From positions 1 through 34,143 of IMG/VR virus record IMGVR_UViG_3300030372_003241: a DNA stretch of 34,143 bases; one strand, given 5' to 3'. Within the stretch, counting starts at the first letter, position 1. Each line of letters begins with the position of its first letter. The position numbers were made by a program, and so were the translations under genes. The notes under the pieces were generated by a model. It was not told where the DNA came from. It did not search any database and saw nothing but the letters and a program-made list of their open reading frames with translations. Of the stretch, positions 16,380 through 24,486 are shown one piece after another. The stretch comes from a virus. Taxonomy: Duplodnaviria > Caudoviricetes.

Positions 16380-17393
16380 TCAACCTTGGTCATTAGAAAG
16401 GAAAGACTCTAACAGCCTGGTGTACGACACATACTTACAACCATCCCCAAGTTCTTTCTCCATAAACCTGATGAACTCTTGTACATGATCCTCGCCTTTT
16501 TCTAAAAGTAAGCTGGTCAATAATTGATCGGTTTCATTCTGGGTTGGGTTGTCTTTGATTTTGTATTTATTTAAAAATTCACTATATGTTATATATACAT
16601 TGTTAATACCATTGTTTGTGTCAACCTCAGAGTTTAATTCAGGGCTTACTTTTTTATCATTTGGTTTACACACTTTATCATTTGGTTTACACACTTCATC
16701 TTTAGGTGTCAACGTGGGGGTTACAATTATTTCATGCTCTTTAAGTAACTTATCCACATTTTCACCACTATCTTTTAGCTTTTTAAGTATCAATTTAGCA
16801 GCTTGAGAATTAAGTTCATTTCTTAATTTAAACTTCTGCAGCCTCTGCATGTGAGTTTTAATAGTTCCACTAGTAAGTTTCATCTTTATCTCTCCTTTTT
16901 TAATCTTTTCTAGAATCTCTTGATCTTCAATTTCTTTGTCAGTCTTATCTCTATAATCTCCATCAGAAGATAACAATGCTTTTATCTGTGGTAGGGTAGT
17001 GGCCTTTTCTTTCTTGTTGCGCCCAAAAACAATCCTCATTGTTTTACCCTTCAAGCCTGGTATTCCAGCTTTGCCCTCAAAGACAATGTACCCACACTCT
17101 CGCAACTTCTTAACTGATTTGTTAATAGTCTGCCGACTAATACCCATCTCTTCAGCAATTCTTTTCTGGCTTACATAAGTCATTGCAGAGTCATTGTTGT
17201 CGTTAAAAACCTGACCAGTCTTTTTGGTATAACTACAAAACCCCATCAATACTCTAATTTGCAAGTGAGATAACCTTTTATCTTGCCAAGCGTTGAAAGG
17301 CATAACAATTAACAGCCTTTGATCTTTATAGTTCTTTTTTTTAATGTCCGGTTGTTCTGAAATTTTAAACGGAACTACCTTGTCGTCACTCAT
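16380..17393 (-). CDS. HTH replication initiator-like protein
   Basis: DKRLSHLQIRVLMGFCSY...YVSQKRIAEEMGISRQTINKSVKKLRECGYI winged-HTH typical of phage initiators; internal DNA repeats; probable start MSDDK at 17393. Confidence 0.7.
   Translation of the reverse strand: MSDDKVVPFKISEQPDIKKKNYKDQRLLIVMPFNAWQDKRLSHLQIRVLMGFCSYTKKTGQVFNDNNDSAMTYVSQKRIAEEMGISRQTINKSVKKLRECGYIVFEGKAGIPGLKGKTMRIVFGRNKKEKATTLPQIKALLSSDGDYRDKTDKEIEDQEILEKIKKGEIKMKLTSGTIKTHMQRLQKFKLRNELNSQAAKLILKKLKDSGENVDKLLKEHEIIVTPTLTPKDEVCKPNDKVCKPNDKKVSPELNSEVDTNNGINNVYITYSEFLNKYKIKDNPTQNETDQLLTSLLLEKGEDHVQEFIRFMEKELGDGCKYVSYTRLLESFLSNDQG
16653..16694. repeat. 21-bp tandem direct repeat, two copies (iteron-like)
   Basis: TTTATCATTTGGTTTACACAC at 16653-16673 and 16674-16694; GTGTCAAC flanks at 16618 and 16706. 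Confidence 0.85.
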
Positions 17394-17407
17394 ATTAATT
17401 TTCCTTG

Positions 17408-17719
17408 CTAATCCCATTTGACCCTCACATTTGCTTTTTTTAACTTATTAACTACATATTTATAATTAACTCTAAAATTCTTCTTTCTCTGCAAAGTGTA
17501 ATCATATTTATTGACTGGCACTTTATTTGAAAACATATGTTTGACTAATTTTTTAATGTAATAATGTGGCTGTATATTACTAGCTAACAAATAATTATCC
17601 AGGTGTCCTAAAAACAAATCCTCAAACGCACAAACTGTAATAGATCGTGGTATTTGTTTGTGTGGCACTAAACACATATCTGACACAGCTTGATTTACAA
17701 CTGCCATTAATAACCTCAT
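17408..17719 (-). CDS. Hypothetical protein, about 103 aa
   Basis: The ATG at 17719 follows the upstream stop directly (MRLLMAVVNQAVSD...); the longer ORF-track start overlaps the neighbouring gene. Confidence 0.6.
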   Translation of the reverse strand: MRLLMAVVNQAVSDMCLVPHKQIPRSITVCAFEDLFLGHLDNYLLASNIQPHYYIKKLVKHMFSNKVPVNKYDYTLQRKKNFRVNYKYVVNKLKKANVRVKWD

Positions 17720-17720
17720 T

Positions 17721-17942
17721 TCACTTGTTTGATTGCTCATAGTCATGAAACATACAGGCTGCGCCAAGTTGGTCATGCGTAAGTTTATGTTGATGCTTTG
17801 AAACTGCATAGCCATCGCCATAACCTTTTTCATAGCCGTTTTGAAAAATTGAAAACATTAAATCTTTACTTTGATTGAGCAGTAAATAAAAGGTTAAAAG
17901 TGTTACAACTAATGCAACAATAAAATAAAATACTTTACTCAT
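17721..17942 (-). CDS. Small membrane-anchored hypothetical protein, 73 aa
   Basis: N-terminal hydrophobic helix and GYEKGYGDGY repeat; overlaps the resolvase stop. Confidence 0.6.
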   Translation of the reverse strand: MSKVFYFIVALVVTLLTFYLLLNQSKDLMFSIFQNGYEKGYGDGYAVSKHQHKLTHDQLGAACMFHDYEQSNK

Positions 17943-18270
17943 CGAAAGTTTCCCTAACTAAGTAAATAAAATCTTTTAGTGAGATACAAACCTTCCAGGC
18001 TTGATTAGACTTTCTGAACATTACAGCTGGTCTTTCGCCTGAAAAAGGTTTACAAGATTCAATTGATTGTTGAAACCATTTGTCTATTGCTGCTGTTCCT
18101 CGCTCATGTCTTTTAACCTCAACTTGCCACTTGCCGATAGTTAAATCAGAACCACCATTTCTTGTTTGATCTAAGTTCCGTTCAACAATAAAACCAAGTT
18201 GATCTGAGAGTAGAGTAGCAGCCTCACGCTCACCACGTTGCCCTTTGTTACGTTTTCCCTTGCCGTCCAT
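17935..18270 (-). CDS. Holliday-junction resolvase-like PD-(D/E)XK nuclease, 111 aa
   Basis: RNKGQRGERE...GGSDL...VEVKRHE...WFQQS...PAVMFRKSNQAWKV. Confidence 0.8.
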   Translation of the reverse strand: MDGKGKRNKGQRGEREAATLLSDQLGFIVERNLDQTRNGGSDLTIGKWQVEVKRHERGTAAIDKWFQQSIESCKPFSGERPAVMFRKSNQAWKVCISLKDFIYLVRETFDE

Positions 18271-18454
18271 TCATCATCCTTTGGAGTCTTTCCTCTACAC
18301 TTTCCATTGGATGAGGATCAGTAATTATTTGTGGTAGTTTATTTTGAAGTAAATGATTAATTATTTTTGCCTTAGACACTTTAAGCCTCTTACTCGCAGC
18401 CTCAAGTTTATCTTTATTACTTTTTTCTAAGCGAACTAAAAATGGACTTAACAA
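18248..18454 (-). CDS. Ribbon-helix-helix (Arc/CopG-like) regulator, 68 aa
   Basis: PFLVRL strand followed by two helices (KDKLEAASKRLKVSKAKIINHLL); first gene of the leftward operon, GGAGA RBS. Confidence 0.7.
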   Translation of the reverse strand: MLSPFLVRLEKSNKDKLEAASKRLKVSKAKIINHLLQNKLPQIITDPHPMESVEERLQRMMNGRQGKT

Positions 18455-18586
18455 TTTATCTCCAAATGTACTAAATGTGGTATTTCTTTAACTGACGATT
18501 TAACTAAATATAGTATTTAACATTTATTAAATTGCCGATATCTATATATTATAGACAAAGTGTACAAATATCAAATAAAAATATAT

Positions 18587-18616
18587 TTGACAATTTAGAC
18601 AGATATCGTTTACAGT
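18587..18616 (+). promoter_or_regulatory. Putative sigma70 promoter for the rightward operon
   Basis: TTGACA (18587-18592), 18 nt, TACAGT (18611-18616), in the divergent intergenic region. Confidence 0.55.
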
Positions 18617-18635
18617 TGTATTAAATCATTTTTAA

Positions 18636-18914
18636 ATGGAAAGAAAAATGGAAAAAATAGATATTAAATGCAATAAAACTGGTTACATTATTGTTGGAAA
18701 TAATGAAATTGGTTACGAGTTTTATAAAAACAAAGCAGACATTAAGAAAACAAATCAATTCTTAGCGATAGATGGAAAACCTTTTGGTGATCTACCAAAT
18801 GGGCAAATGTCAAAGACAAGGTCTGAAAAATTTTATGGTAAACCATCTACACCACAAATTTTTGATTTGGTTGAGGCATTAGAACAAGCTAAAGATTTTT
18901 CAAAACAAAATTAA
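18636..18914 (+). CDS. Hypothetical early protein
   Basis: First ORF after the rightward promoter; the true start may be 18648, which has an SD-like GGA upstream. Confidence 0.65.
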   Translation: MERKMEKIDIKCNKTGYIIVGNNEIGYEFYKNKADIKKTNQFLAIDGKPFGDLPNGQMSKTRSEKFYGKPSTPQIFDLVEALEQAKDFSKQN

Positions 18915-18923
18915 TCATTTTAA

Positions 18924-19520
18924 ATGGAGAAAGAAATGACAATTATGACAGGCAATGATGGACAAGGTGACATTTACACAAATGGCAATTTTGAACTGAT
19001 AGGTTGTTACAAAGCTGGTCAGTTTCAAACAACAGTTAAAGCAGAATCATTTGATGACTATGTTGCAACAATTACTTATGACCAAAAAACAGAAGTTTAC
19101 TTAATTCCAGCAGACACAATTAAGTCTGGTTACACAGAGCAAGATTGGGAGTTTTATGCAATTGCATACATAGATAGATGTGCAGACTTTTCGGAGCATG
19201 GCAGAGAAATTGTTGATGAAGATGTGGATGAAGAATTTAAAACTCCATGGGATGATTATGTTGGAGAAGACTCTAAGTTAAAAGAAAGAGCAAGACAAAT
19301 ATTTTTTAAACAAATGAACATAACCTTTCAAAAATTAGAAGATTATGGTCATTACGAAATTGAAGTCCCTAAAAGAGATATTGAACTTTTAGAATCTCTT
19401 TGTGAACGAGTTGCTGAAGATTTTGAAGGGGGCGATTTTCCAGCTTTAGAAAAATTATTAAGGCACAACACACTTGAAGAAATCAAAGCATACATAAACT
19501 TTTATGGACAGCGGTATTAA
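18924..19520 (+). CDS. Hypothetical acidic early protein
   Basis: 198-aa D/E-rich ORF; the true start may be 18936. No family recognised. Confidence 0.65.
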   Translation: MEKEMTIMTGNDGQGDIYTNGNFELIGCYKAGQFQTTVKAESFDDYVATITYDQKTEVYLIPADTIKSGYTEQDWEFYAIAYIDRCADFSEHGREIVDEDVDEEFKTPWDDYVGEDSKLKERARQIFFKQMNITFQKLEDYGHYEIEVPKRDIELLESLCERVAEDFEGGDFPALEKLLRHNTLEEIKAYINFYGQRY

Positions 19521-19590
19521 AAAAGGAAAACTAAATTTATTTATTGTGGGGGTAAATAAAGTGAAAACGAACATGAGAACAAAAGGGAAA

Positions 19591-20460
19591 ATGGCAAAAA
19601 AAGGGAAAGTTAAAACTTATTGTATAGCAGCTTATTTCAGAGTAAGTTCTGCCAAGCAAGGTTTAAAAGGTCTTGGCATGGACTATCAAAAGAAGATTGT
19701 TGATGATTACGTTTTGCGTGAACATTCTAATTGTATCAATGACGTAAAGTATTTCTGGGAGCAAGAATCAGGTGCTAATGCTAAAAGACCAGTTTTACGA
19801 GAGGCAATTGAGTATTGCGAAGAAAATAATTGCAAACTAGTTGTCGCAAAAATGGACAGGCTTTCACGCTCTGTTTCATTTATATCAAGAATTTTGGATA
19901 GCAAACTAGAATTCGCAATTGCTGAAGTGCCAGGCTTAGATTCTAAAAGTCCTATGGGTAGGGCAATGTTAAGCATGATGGCTACCATGGCGCAATTAGA
20001 AAGAGATAATATTAAAGATCGGACAAAGGGTTCACTAGGCGCAATCAATGCAAAGATTAAGCAAGATGGACATTATGATACCAAAGGTGATCCTACTAAG
20101 GGAATTAAAGGCAGAAGGATTGATCGGCTTGGTGCATCAAATGTTCAGCCAGGTGCAATCAAAGCTGCTAAAGCAAGGGTAGACTTAGCTGATAAATATA
20201 TTGAGGCTAATCGCGGTGCAATTGAAGACATTGTGCAGCTTTTAGCGGTAAAAGGAAAAACTTCTTTAAGGGATATTGCATCAGCGTTAACTAAATGCAA
20301 GGTTGCAACACCTAGAGAGTGGGCAAAAATGGAGTCGAGCAAAGACTATGATAACAAGCCACTTTATCAAGCCAAGCCGAAAAAGTGGGGTGCATCGATG
20401 GTTCAAAACGTAAAAAAACGTCTTGAGAAAAATGGTAAGAAAGAAACTGAAGATGGTTAA
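19591..20460 (+). CDS. Serine recombinase (resolvase/invertase catalytic domain with extended C-terminus)
   Basis: AYFRVSSAKQG (catalytic Ser), EQESG...KRPVL, LVVAKMDRLSR, MAQLERDNIKDRTK; C-terminal SLRDIASAL...TPR...KWGASMV. Start at 19591 preferred over 19504. Confidence 0.9.
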   Translation: MAKKGKVKTYCIAAYFRVSSAKQGLKGLGMDYQKKIVDDYVLREHSNCINDVKYFWEQESGANAKRPVLREAIEYCEENNCKLVVAKMDRLSRSVSFISRILDSKLEFAIAEVPGLDSKSPMGRAMLSMMATMAQLERDNIKDRTKGSLGAINAKIKQDGHYDTKGDPTKGIKGRRIDRLGASNVQPGAIKAAKARVDLADKYIEANRGAIEDIVQLLAVKGKTSLRDIASALTKCKVATPREWAKMESSKDYDNKPLYQAKPKKWGASMVQNVKKRLEKNGKKETEDG

Positions 20461-20830
20461 AAAAATGGAACATTTTAATTACAAAGATTTTTCTAGTGTT
20501 AGAAAGTCTAAGGACTCTGTCTACAAAAGTGCTTTGTTATCTGGTTATGCGATGGTTTGTAGAGGTCAGTCTATTCATACGAGAGTTGATTTTGCTATTA
20601 CCAATACAAGTGAAGTGGGTTGGGTTGCTAAATCCTTAGAAACTGCATCAAAAAAACTTTTTAAGTTACAGAAAAATAATAAGAAAAATTCGCAAATGTC
20701 AAAAGTTGAATTGATTTTAAATTCAAAAATCGTGCTTGATGAAATGCGAAATGAGATTAAAGAAAGAGTTGATTATCAGCAATCACGTTATCTTGCAAAC
20801 ATATTTCGTAGTGCAAAGTTGAGAAAATGA
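20453..20830 (+). CDS. Hypothetical protein
   Basis: Basic ORF overlapping the recombinase stop; start uncertain (20423-20465). Confidence 0.55.
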   Translation: MVKKMEHFNYKDFSSVRKSKDSVYKSALLSGYAMVCRGQSIHTRVDFAITNTSEVGWVAKSLETASKKLFKLQKNNKKNSQMSKVELILNSKIVLDEMRNEIKERVDYQQSRYLANIFRSAKLRK

Positions 20831-20860
20831 GTACAAAACTACATTTAGCAATTTTTCAGT

Positions 20861-21220
20861 ATGAAACATTTGATGTTTTCAGACATCAATTTAGCAAAAA
20901 AGGACACGCACCAATGTATTCGTGCGTATCTTTTTTCCAATTATTTTAACCACTTAGGAATGGAGCATAGTAAAATGTATGATTACTTATTAGATTTAAA
21001 GTGTCGTATAATAAACATTCTGAAAATTTGGCTGTCCAAAACTACATTTAGCATCAAACAACACCTTTTTTGGACAGTTAAAACAAGTCAGATACTAAAT
21101 AGCCATAAATCATTTCAACCAGATACGAATTTTGAAAAAGTAATATTTATAATTGCTTTGCTTGGAATTATAATTATTTTGTACTTGTTGCCCTTTGTAA
21201 TTTTAGGGGGGGCAATGTAA
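20861..21220 (+). CDS. Hypothetical protein with C-terminal membrane helix (5' part doubtful)
   Basis: C-terminal hydrophobic helix and TAATG coupling to the next gene, but the 5' two-thirds overlap a dense cluster of repeats and hairpins. Confidence 0.35.
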   Translation: MKHLMFSDINLAKKDTHQCIRAYLFSNYFNHLGMEHSKMYDYLLDLKCRIINILKIWLSKTTFSIKQHLFWTVKTSQILNSHKSFQPDTNFEKVIFIIALLGIIIILYLLPFVILGGAM

Positions 21221-22239
21221 TGAGTAGATTTTCAACTGATGTAGATTGCTCCAGTTCCAAAATTGCTGTGTTAGTTATGGCAATAATTGGTCAAGAACAC
21301 AAATTTACAACTCCTAACGAACTCTTGGATCGTGCGTTCTATTTAATAGATACTGGTGAAGAAATGCCACAAAATCTATCAAGGCGTGGCACAGAATTAG
21401 TTTATTTTGGCAATGCCTTGGAGTCTTTTATTTTGCGAGAGGCAGCTTTTAAAATTCGTGTCACAAAAATCGACATTTCGCAAAAAGACTCAATCAAACA
21501 CAAATCTTTGCCTTTAATGGTGTCGGTTGATGCAACAGCTGAGGGCGATAATTTAAAAGTTGAACACGATGAGGAGTCAGGTCTTTTCGTGATGGATGGC
21601 GATGAAATGGTTTTAGAAGGTATGGGAGTGATTGAGGCAAAAAATACTGAAAAATACCCATTTGATTCGCCCCCACTTGAACTCGGAGTTATCCAACTTC
21701 AATCTCAAATGATGTGTACCAATGCAAAGTGGGGTGCTTTAGCTGTATTGTTTCGTGGAAATTGTTTAAGAGTTTATATGTTTGAGCCTCACAAAAAATT
21801 TCAAGAATTAATTGCTAATTGTGCAATTGACTGGCATCGAAGAATAAAGCATTACAAAAAAACTGGTGAGAAAGATTGGTATGACGTGCAAAATAGTACA
21901 GATTATACAATTATTTCTTCCATTGATAATTGCTCAAATGTTATCCTTAATTTAGATAAGAAACCTGGTATTCCCCAAAAAGTTAACAGGATTGCTCGTA
22001 TTAGAAGTCAAGTTAAACTTTTAAAAATTGAAGATGATAATTTAAGCATGGAATTGATGGAAGAAATGCAAAATCATACTAAAGCAACAACACAAAACTT
22101 TGATGTTGATTGGGGTTTTAGAACAACAAAGTATCGACCAGCAACAACAAAGGTTGTACCGGAAGTCCAAGAAAAAACAGTTCGCTCAAAAACTTTAAGA
22201 GTTGTTTCAAAACAATCAAACGAAGAAGAGGGAGAGTAA
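21220..22239 (+). CDS. YqaJ/lambda-exonuclease-family recombination nuclease, 339 aa
   Basis: SSSKIAVL, FGNALE, VSVDA, VIEAKNT and IQLQSQMMCT motifs; paired with RecT. Confidence 0.85.
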   Translation: MSRFSTDVDCSSSKIAVLVMAIIGQEHKFTTPNELLDRAFYLIDTGEEMPQNLSRRGTELVYFGNALESFILREAAFKIRVTKIDISQKDSIKHKSLPLMVSVDATAEGDNLKVEHDEESGLFVMDGDEMVLEGMGVIEAKNTEKYPFDSPPLELGVIQLQSQMMCTNAKWGALAVLFRGNCLRVYMFEPHKKFQELIANCAIDWHRRIKHYKKTGEKDWYDVQNSTDYTIISSIDNCSNVILNLDKKPGIPQKVNRIARIRSQVKLLKIEDDNLSMELMEEMQNHTKATTQNFDVDWGFRTTKYRPATTKVVPEVQEKTVRSKTLRVVSKQSNEEEGE

Positions 22240-22240
22240 A

Positions 22241-22507
22241 TTGAATACTAAAGACATTAAACACGCAATTATAAAAATTATTTTAAATTTATTTTACTCT
22301 GACCCACGAACCACAGATAAAGAGTTGATAAAAATTAAAGTTAATGAATTAGTTGAGCTACTTACTTATCATTCCATTGAAACAATTAAAGAAACTTTAA
22401 AATCCCTTCAATTGGCTGAAGAAAAAGAGAGAGAAGTCAAAAAGAAACTTGGTGATTGTGTTGTTCCTTTTAAAAAAAAAATAATTAGACAGGGGTATTT
22501 GTTTTGA
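22241..22507 (+). CDS. Hypothetical protein
   Basis: TTG start after a GGAGAG RBS; coupled to RecT by a TTGA overlap. Confidence 0.55.
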   Translation: MNTKDIKHAIIKIILNLFYSDPRTTDKELIKIKVNELVELLTYHSIETIKETLKSLQLAEEKEREVKKKLGDCVVPFKKKIIRQGYLF

Positions 22508-23361
22508 AAAATTCATTAATAAATGTAGACAATTTAGATACTGTTATGGTTTTTGCAGAAAAAATTGCTAACACTCAATTAGTACCACCTAACTTTCGTG
22601 GTAAACCAGAGGACATCATGGTTGCAATGCAAATGGGCAAAGAGGTAGGTTTATTGCCAATGCAATCCCTACAGTCTATATCCGTAATAAATGGTAAGCC
22701 GTCTATGTATGGCGACAGCTTGTTGGCTTTATGCAGAAGTCATCCAGAATTTGTAGATATTGAAGAAAAGGGCGATGATCGACAAGCAACTTGTACTGTC
22801 AAAAGAAAGAACCAAACGCCAGTTGTTTCAACCTTTACAATTGAACAGGCAAATCGTGCTGGTCTTGTCGGCAGATCACCAGTTTGGAAAACTTATCCAG
22901 AGCGAATGTTGCAAATGAGAGCAAGGGGGTTTGCACTTCGTGATGCTTTTCCAGATGCACTAGGGGGAATGATTACTACTGAAGAATTAAATGATTACCC
23001 AGTTAAAGAAAAGCCAAAAAACCCAATGAACGTAATTGTTCAAGACCCAGCAGCAAAATCAAAACCAAAGATAGAAATGACAGAAATGGTTTCTAAGGAA
23101 AAATTAGAAAAAAATTTTAATACCGGTGAGATTGCCAAAAATGTCATTGATAAAATTCCTTCAAGCAAAAAAAAATACAAGGTTTATAATTCACTTAAAA
23201 ATCAGGAAAGTTATGTTGAGTTTGAAACTTATGACGATGCCTATAAGTTGTATGAAAAAAAACGTAATGAAATTTTAACTAGTTCTGCAAAAGACAAAAA
23301 TAAATATCTGCAAATTTTTATGCAAATGAATAATGTACTTTTAAAGAATAATAAAAAATGA
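22504..23361 (+). CDS. recT: RecT-like single-strand annealing protein, 285 aa
   Basis: LVPPNFRGKPEDIMVAMQMGKEVGLLPMQSLQSISVINGKPSMYGD...WKTYPERMLQMRARGFALRDAFPDALGG. Confidence 0.85.
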   Translation: MKNSLINVDNLDTVMVFAEKIANTQLVPPNFRGKPEDIMVAMQMGKEVGLLPMQSLQSISVINGKPSMYGDSLLALCRSHPEFVDIEEKGDDRQATCTVKRKNQTPVVSTFTIEQANRAGLVGRSPVWKTYPERMLQMRARGFALRDAFPDALGGMITTEELNDYPVKEKPKNPMNVIVQDPAAKSKPKIEMTEMVSKEKLEKNFNTGEIAKNVIDKIPSSKKKYKVYNSLKNQESYVEFETYDDAYKLYEKKRNEILTSSAKDKNKYLQIFMQMNNVLLKNNKK

Positions 23362-23493
23362 AATTTTATATTTTAATTTGTTATTGTGGTAATCATAAAT
23401 ATTTTGAAAAATAAAGATGAAATAATATCTGTTATAGATAATTTAAGTGTTTCTTGGGATCTCTTCCTCGAAGATTCAAGTAAATCCTAATAA

Positions 23494-24465
23494 CTACAAC
23501 TTAGGCACTACATCAAAAGCCAATACTATTCTATTTTCTGTTGATTTGAATGGAATAGTATAGTGAAGGAGAGAAGCTGGAAAAAGACACATAGTTCCAG
23601 TTATCACATCAACACTTTGTTCTTTTATCTTTTCTTCAATGCATACAACAAGATTACCACTTTCGGGGTTTAATTTAGGTTTGGCTGGTACATTAATGTA
23701 CACTGTTCCACTCAACCATCCGTTTTCGTGCATATGGGGTCGCAATTCACCACCACTTTTCATACAAATCAACCAACCATAAAGACGATATGCATTTGGC
23801 CAACTTTTAATTAATCCCTCTTCACTATCAATAAAACTAATTCGATATTTTTCAATTTCTATTCGAATAATTTTTTCTATTTCTCTTGTAAGCTCAGATT
23901 CTATTTCAAAAACATTACCATCGGTTTGATAACCATTAGTTAATAAATCATAACTTTTTTGAGGAGCTTTATTTTTGTTAATAATATTTTGTGTATTCTC
24001 TACAAATATTTTTTTAAAATCATACAAATTATATAAATTACTTTTAAAAACATATTCTAAAGGTTTTGAACAAAATAAATTTATTTGACTTGTTTGATAT
24101 TTTAAATTAAAACGAGAGACAAGAGACCCAATAATAGGATGAACTACGTTTTCGTTGATAAATTTTTGTAGTAAATTCAAAAACTCTTGTTTCATGTTTA
24201 AATTAAAAAAACACCTAAGTAAAAGATAGTTACTGTTTTCATAATTAATTCCCTCAAATTGTTCAATAGCCTCTTTGTTTTTATTGTTAGAAAGTAGCAA
24301 GGTGCCTAGTTTATATTTAGCCTGGTTAAAATTTGGGTTTAAAGTTATAGCTTGTCTATAACTTATTTCAGCTTCATCTAACTTACCCAAATTTTTTAAC
24401 ATAATTCCTAACGCATAAGAGGCTTTAGATGCCTCTTCGATAACTAAATAGTTGTGATTTTCCAT
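23494..24465 (-). CDS. TPR-containing putative 2OG-Fe(II) oxygenase, 323 aa
   Basis: N-terminal TPR (ASYALGIMLKNLGKLDEAEISYRQAITLNPN); C-terminal PHMHENGWLSGTVY...FPASLLHYTIPF...RIVLAFDV with HxH...H...R ligands. Confidence 0.85.
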   Translation of the reverse strand: MENHNYLVIEEASKASYALGIMLKNLGKLDEAEISYRQAITLNPNFNQAKYKLGTLLLSNNKNKEAIEQFEGINYENSNYLLLRCFFNLNMKQEFLNLLQKFINENVVHPIIGSLVSRFNLKYQTSQINLFCSKPLEYVFKSNLYNLYDFKKIFVENTQNIINKNKAPQKSYDLLTNGYQTDGNVFEIESELTREIEKIIRIEIEKYRISFIDSEEGLIKSWPNAYRLYGWLICMKSGGELRPHMHENGWLSGTVYINVPAKPKLNPESGNLVVCIEEKIKEQSVDVITGTMCLFPASLLHYTIPFKSTENRIVLAFDVVPKL

Positions 24466-24486
24466 TTATAAGCCTAAAAGTGAGTG

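Noticed and set aside
16653-16694. Tandem repeat as a CRISPR mini-array
   Set aside because: The repeats are contiguous with no spacers and lie in-frame in the initiator gene; no cas genes.
12056-18607. GATATC hexamers in intergenic regions (12056, 18537, 18602) as operators
   Set aside because: A 6-mer of this composition is expected many times by chance and the flanks are not conserved.
19569-19590. GAAC repeats upstream of the recombinase as an alphaproteobacterial LexA box
   Set aside because: The spacing is N4 (or N6 to GAAA), not the required GAAC-N7-GAAC.
23358-23414. 18-codon ORF (MKFYILICYCGNHKYFEK) overlapping the recT stop
   Set aside because: Too short, in very AT-rich DNA, with no supporting motif.
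23494-24465. 2OG-Fe(II) oxygenase as part of the DNA-modification pathway (TET/JBP-like)
   Set aside because: It has an HxH motif and a TPR fusion rather than TET/JBP features, and lies about 8 kb from the Que cassette with no linkage evidence.
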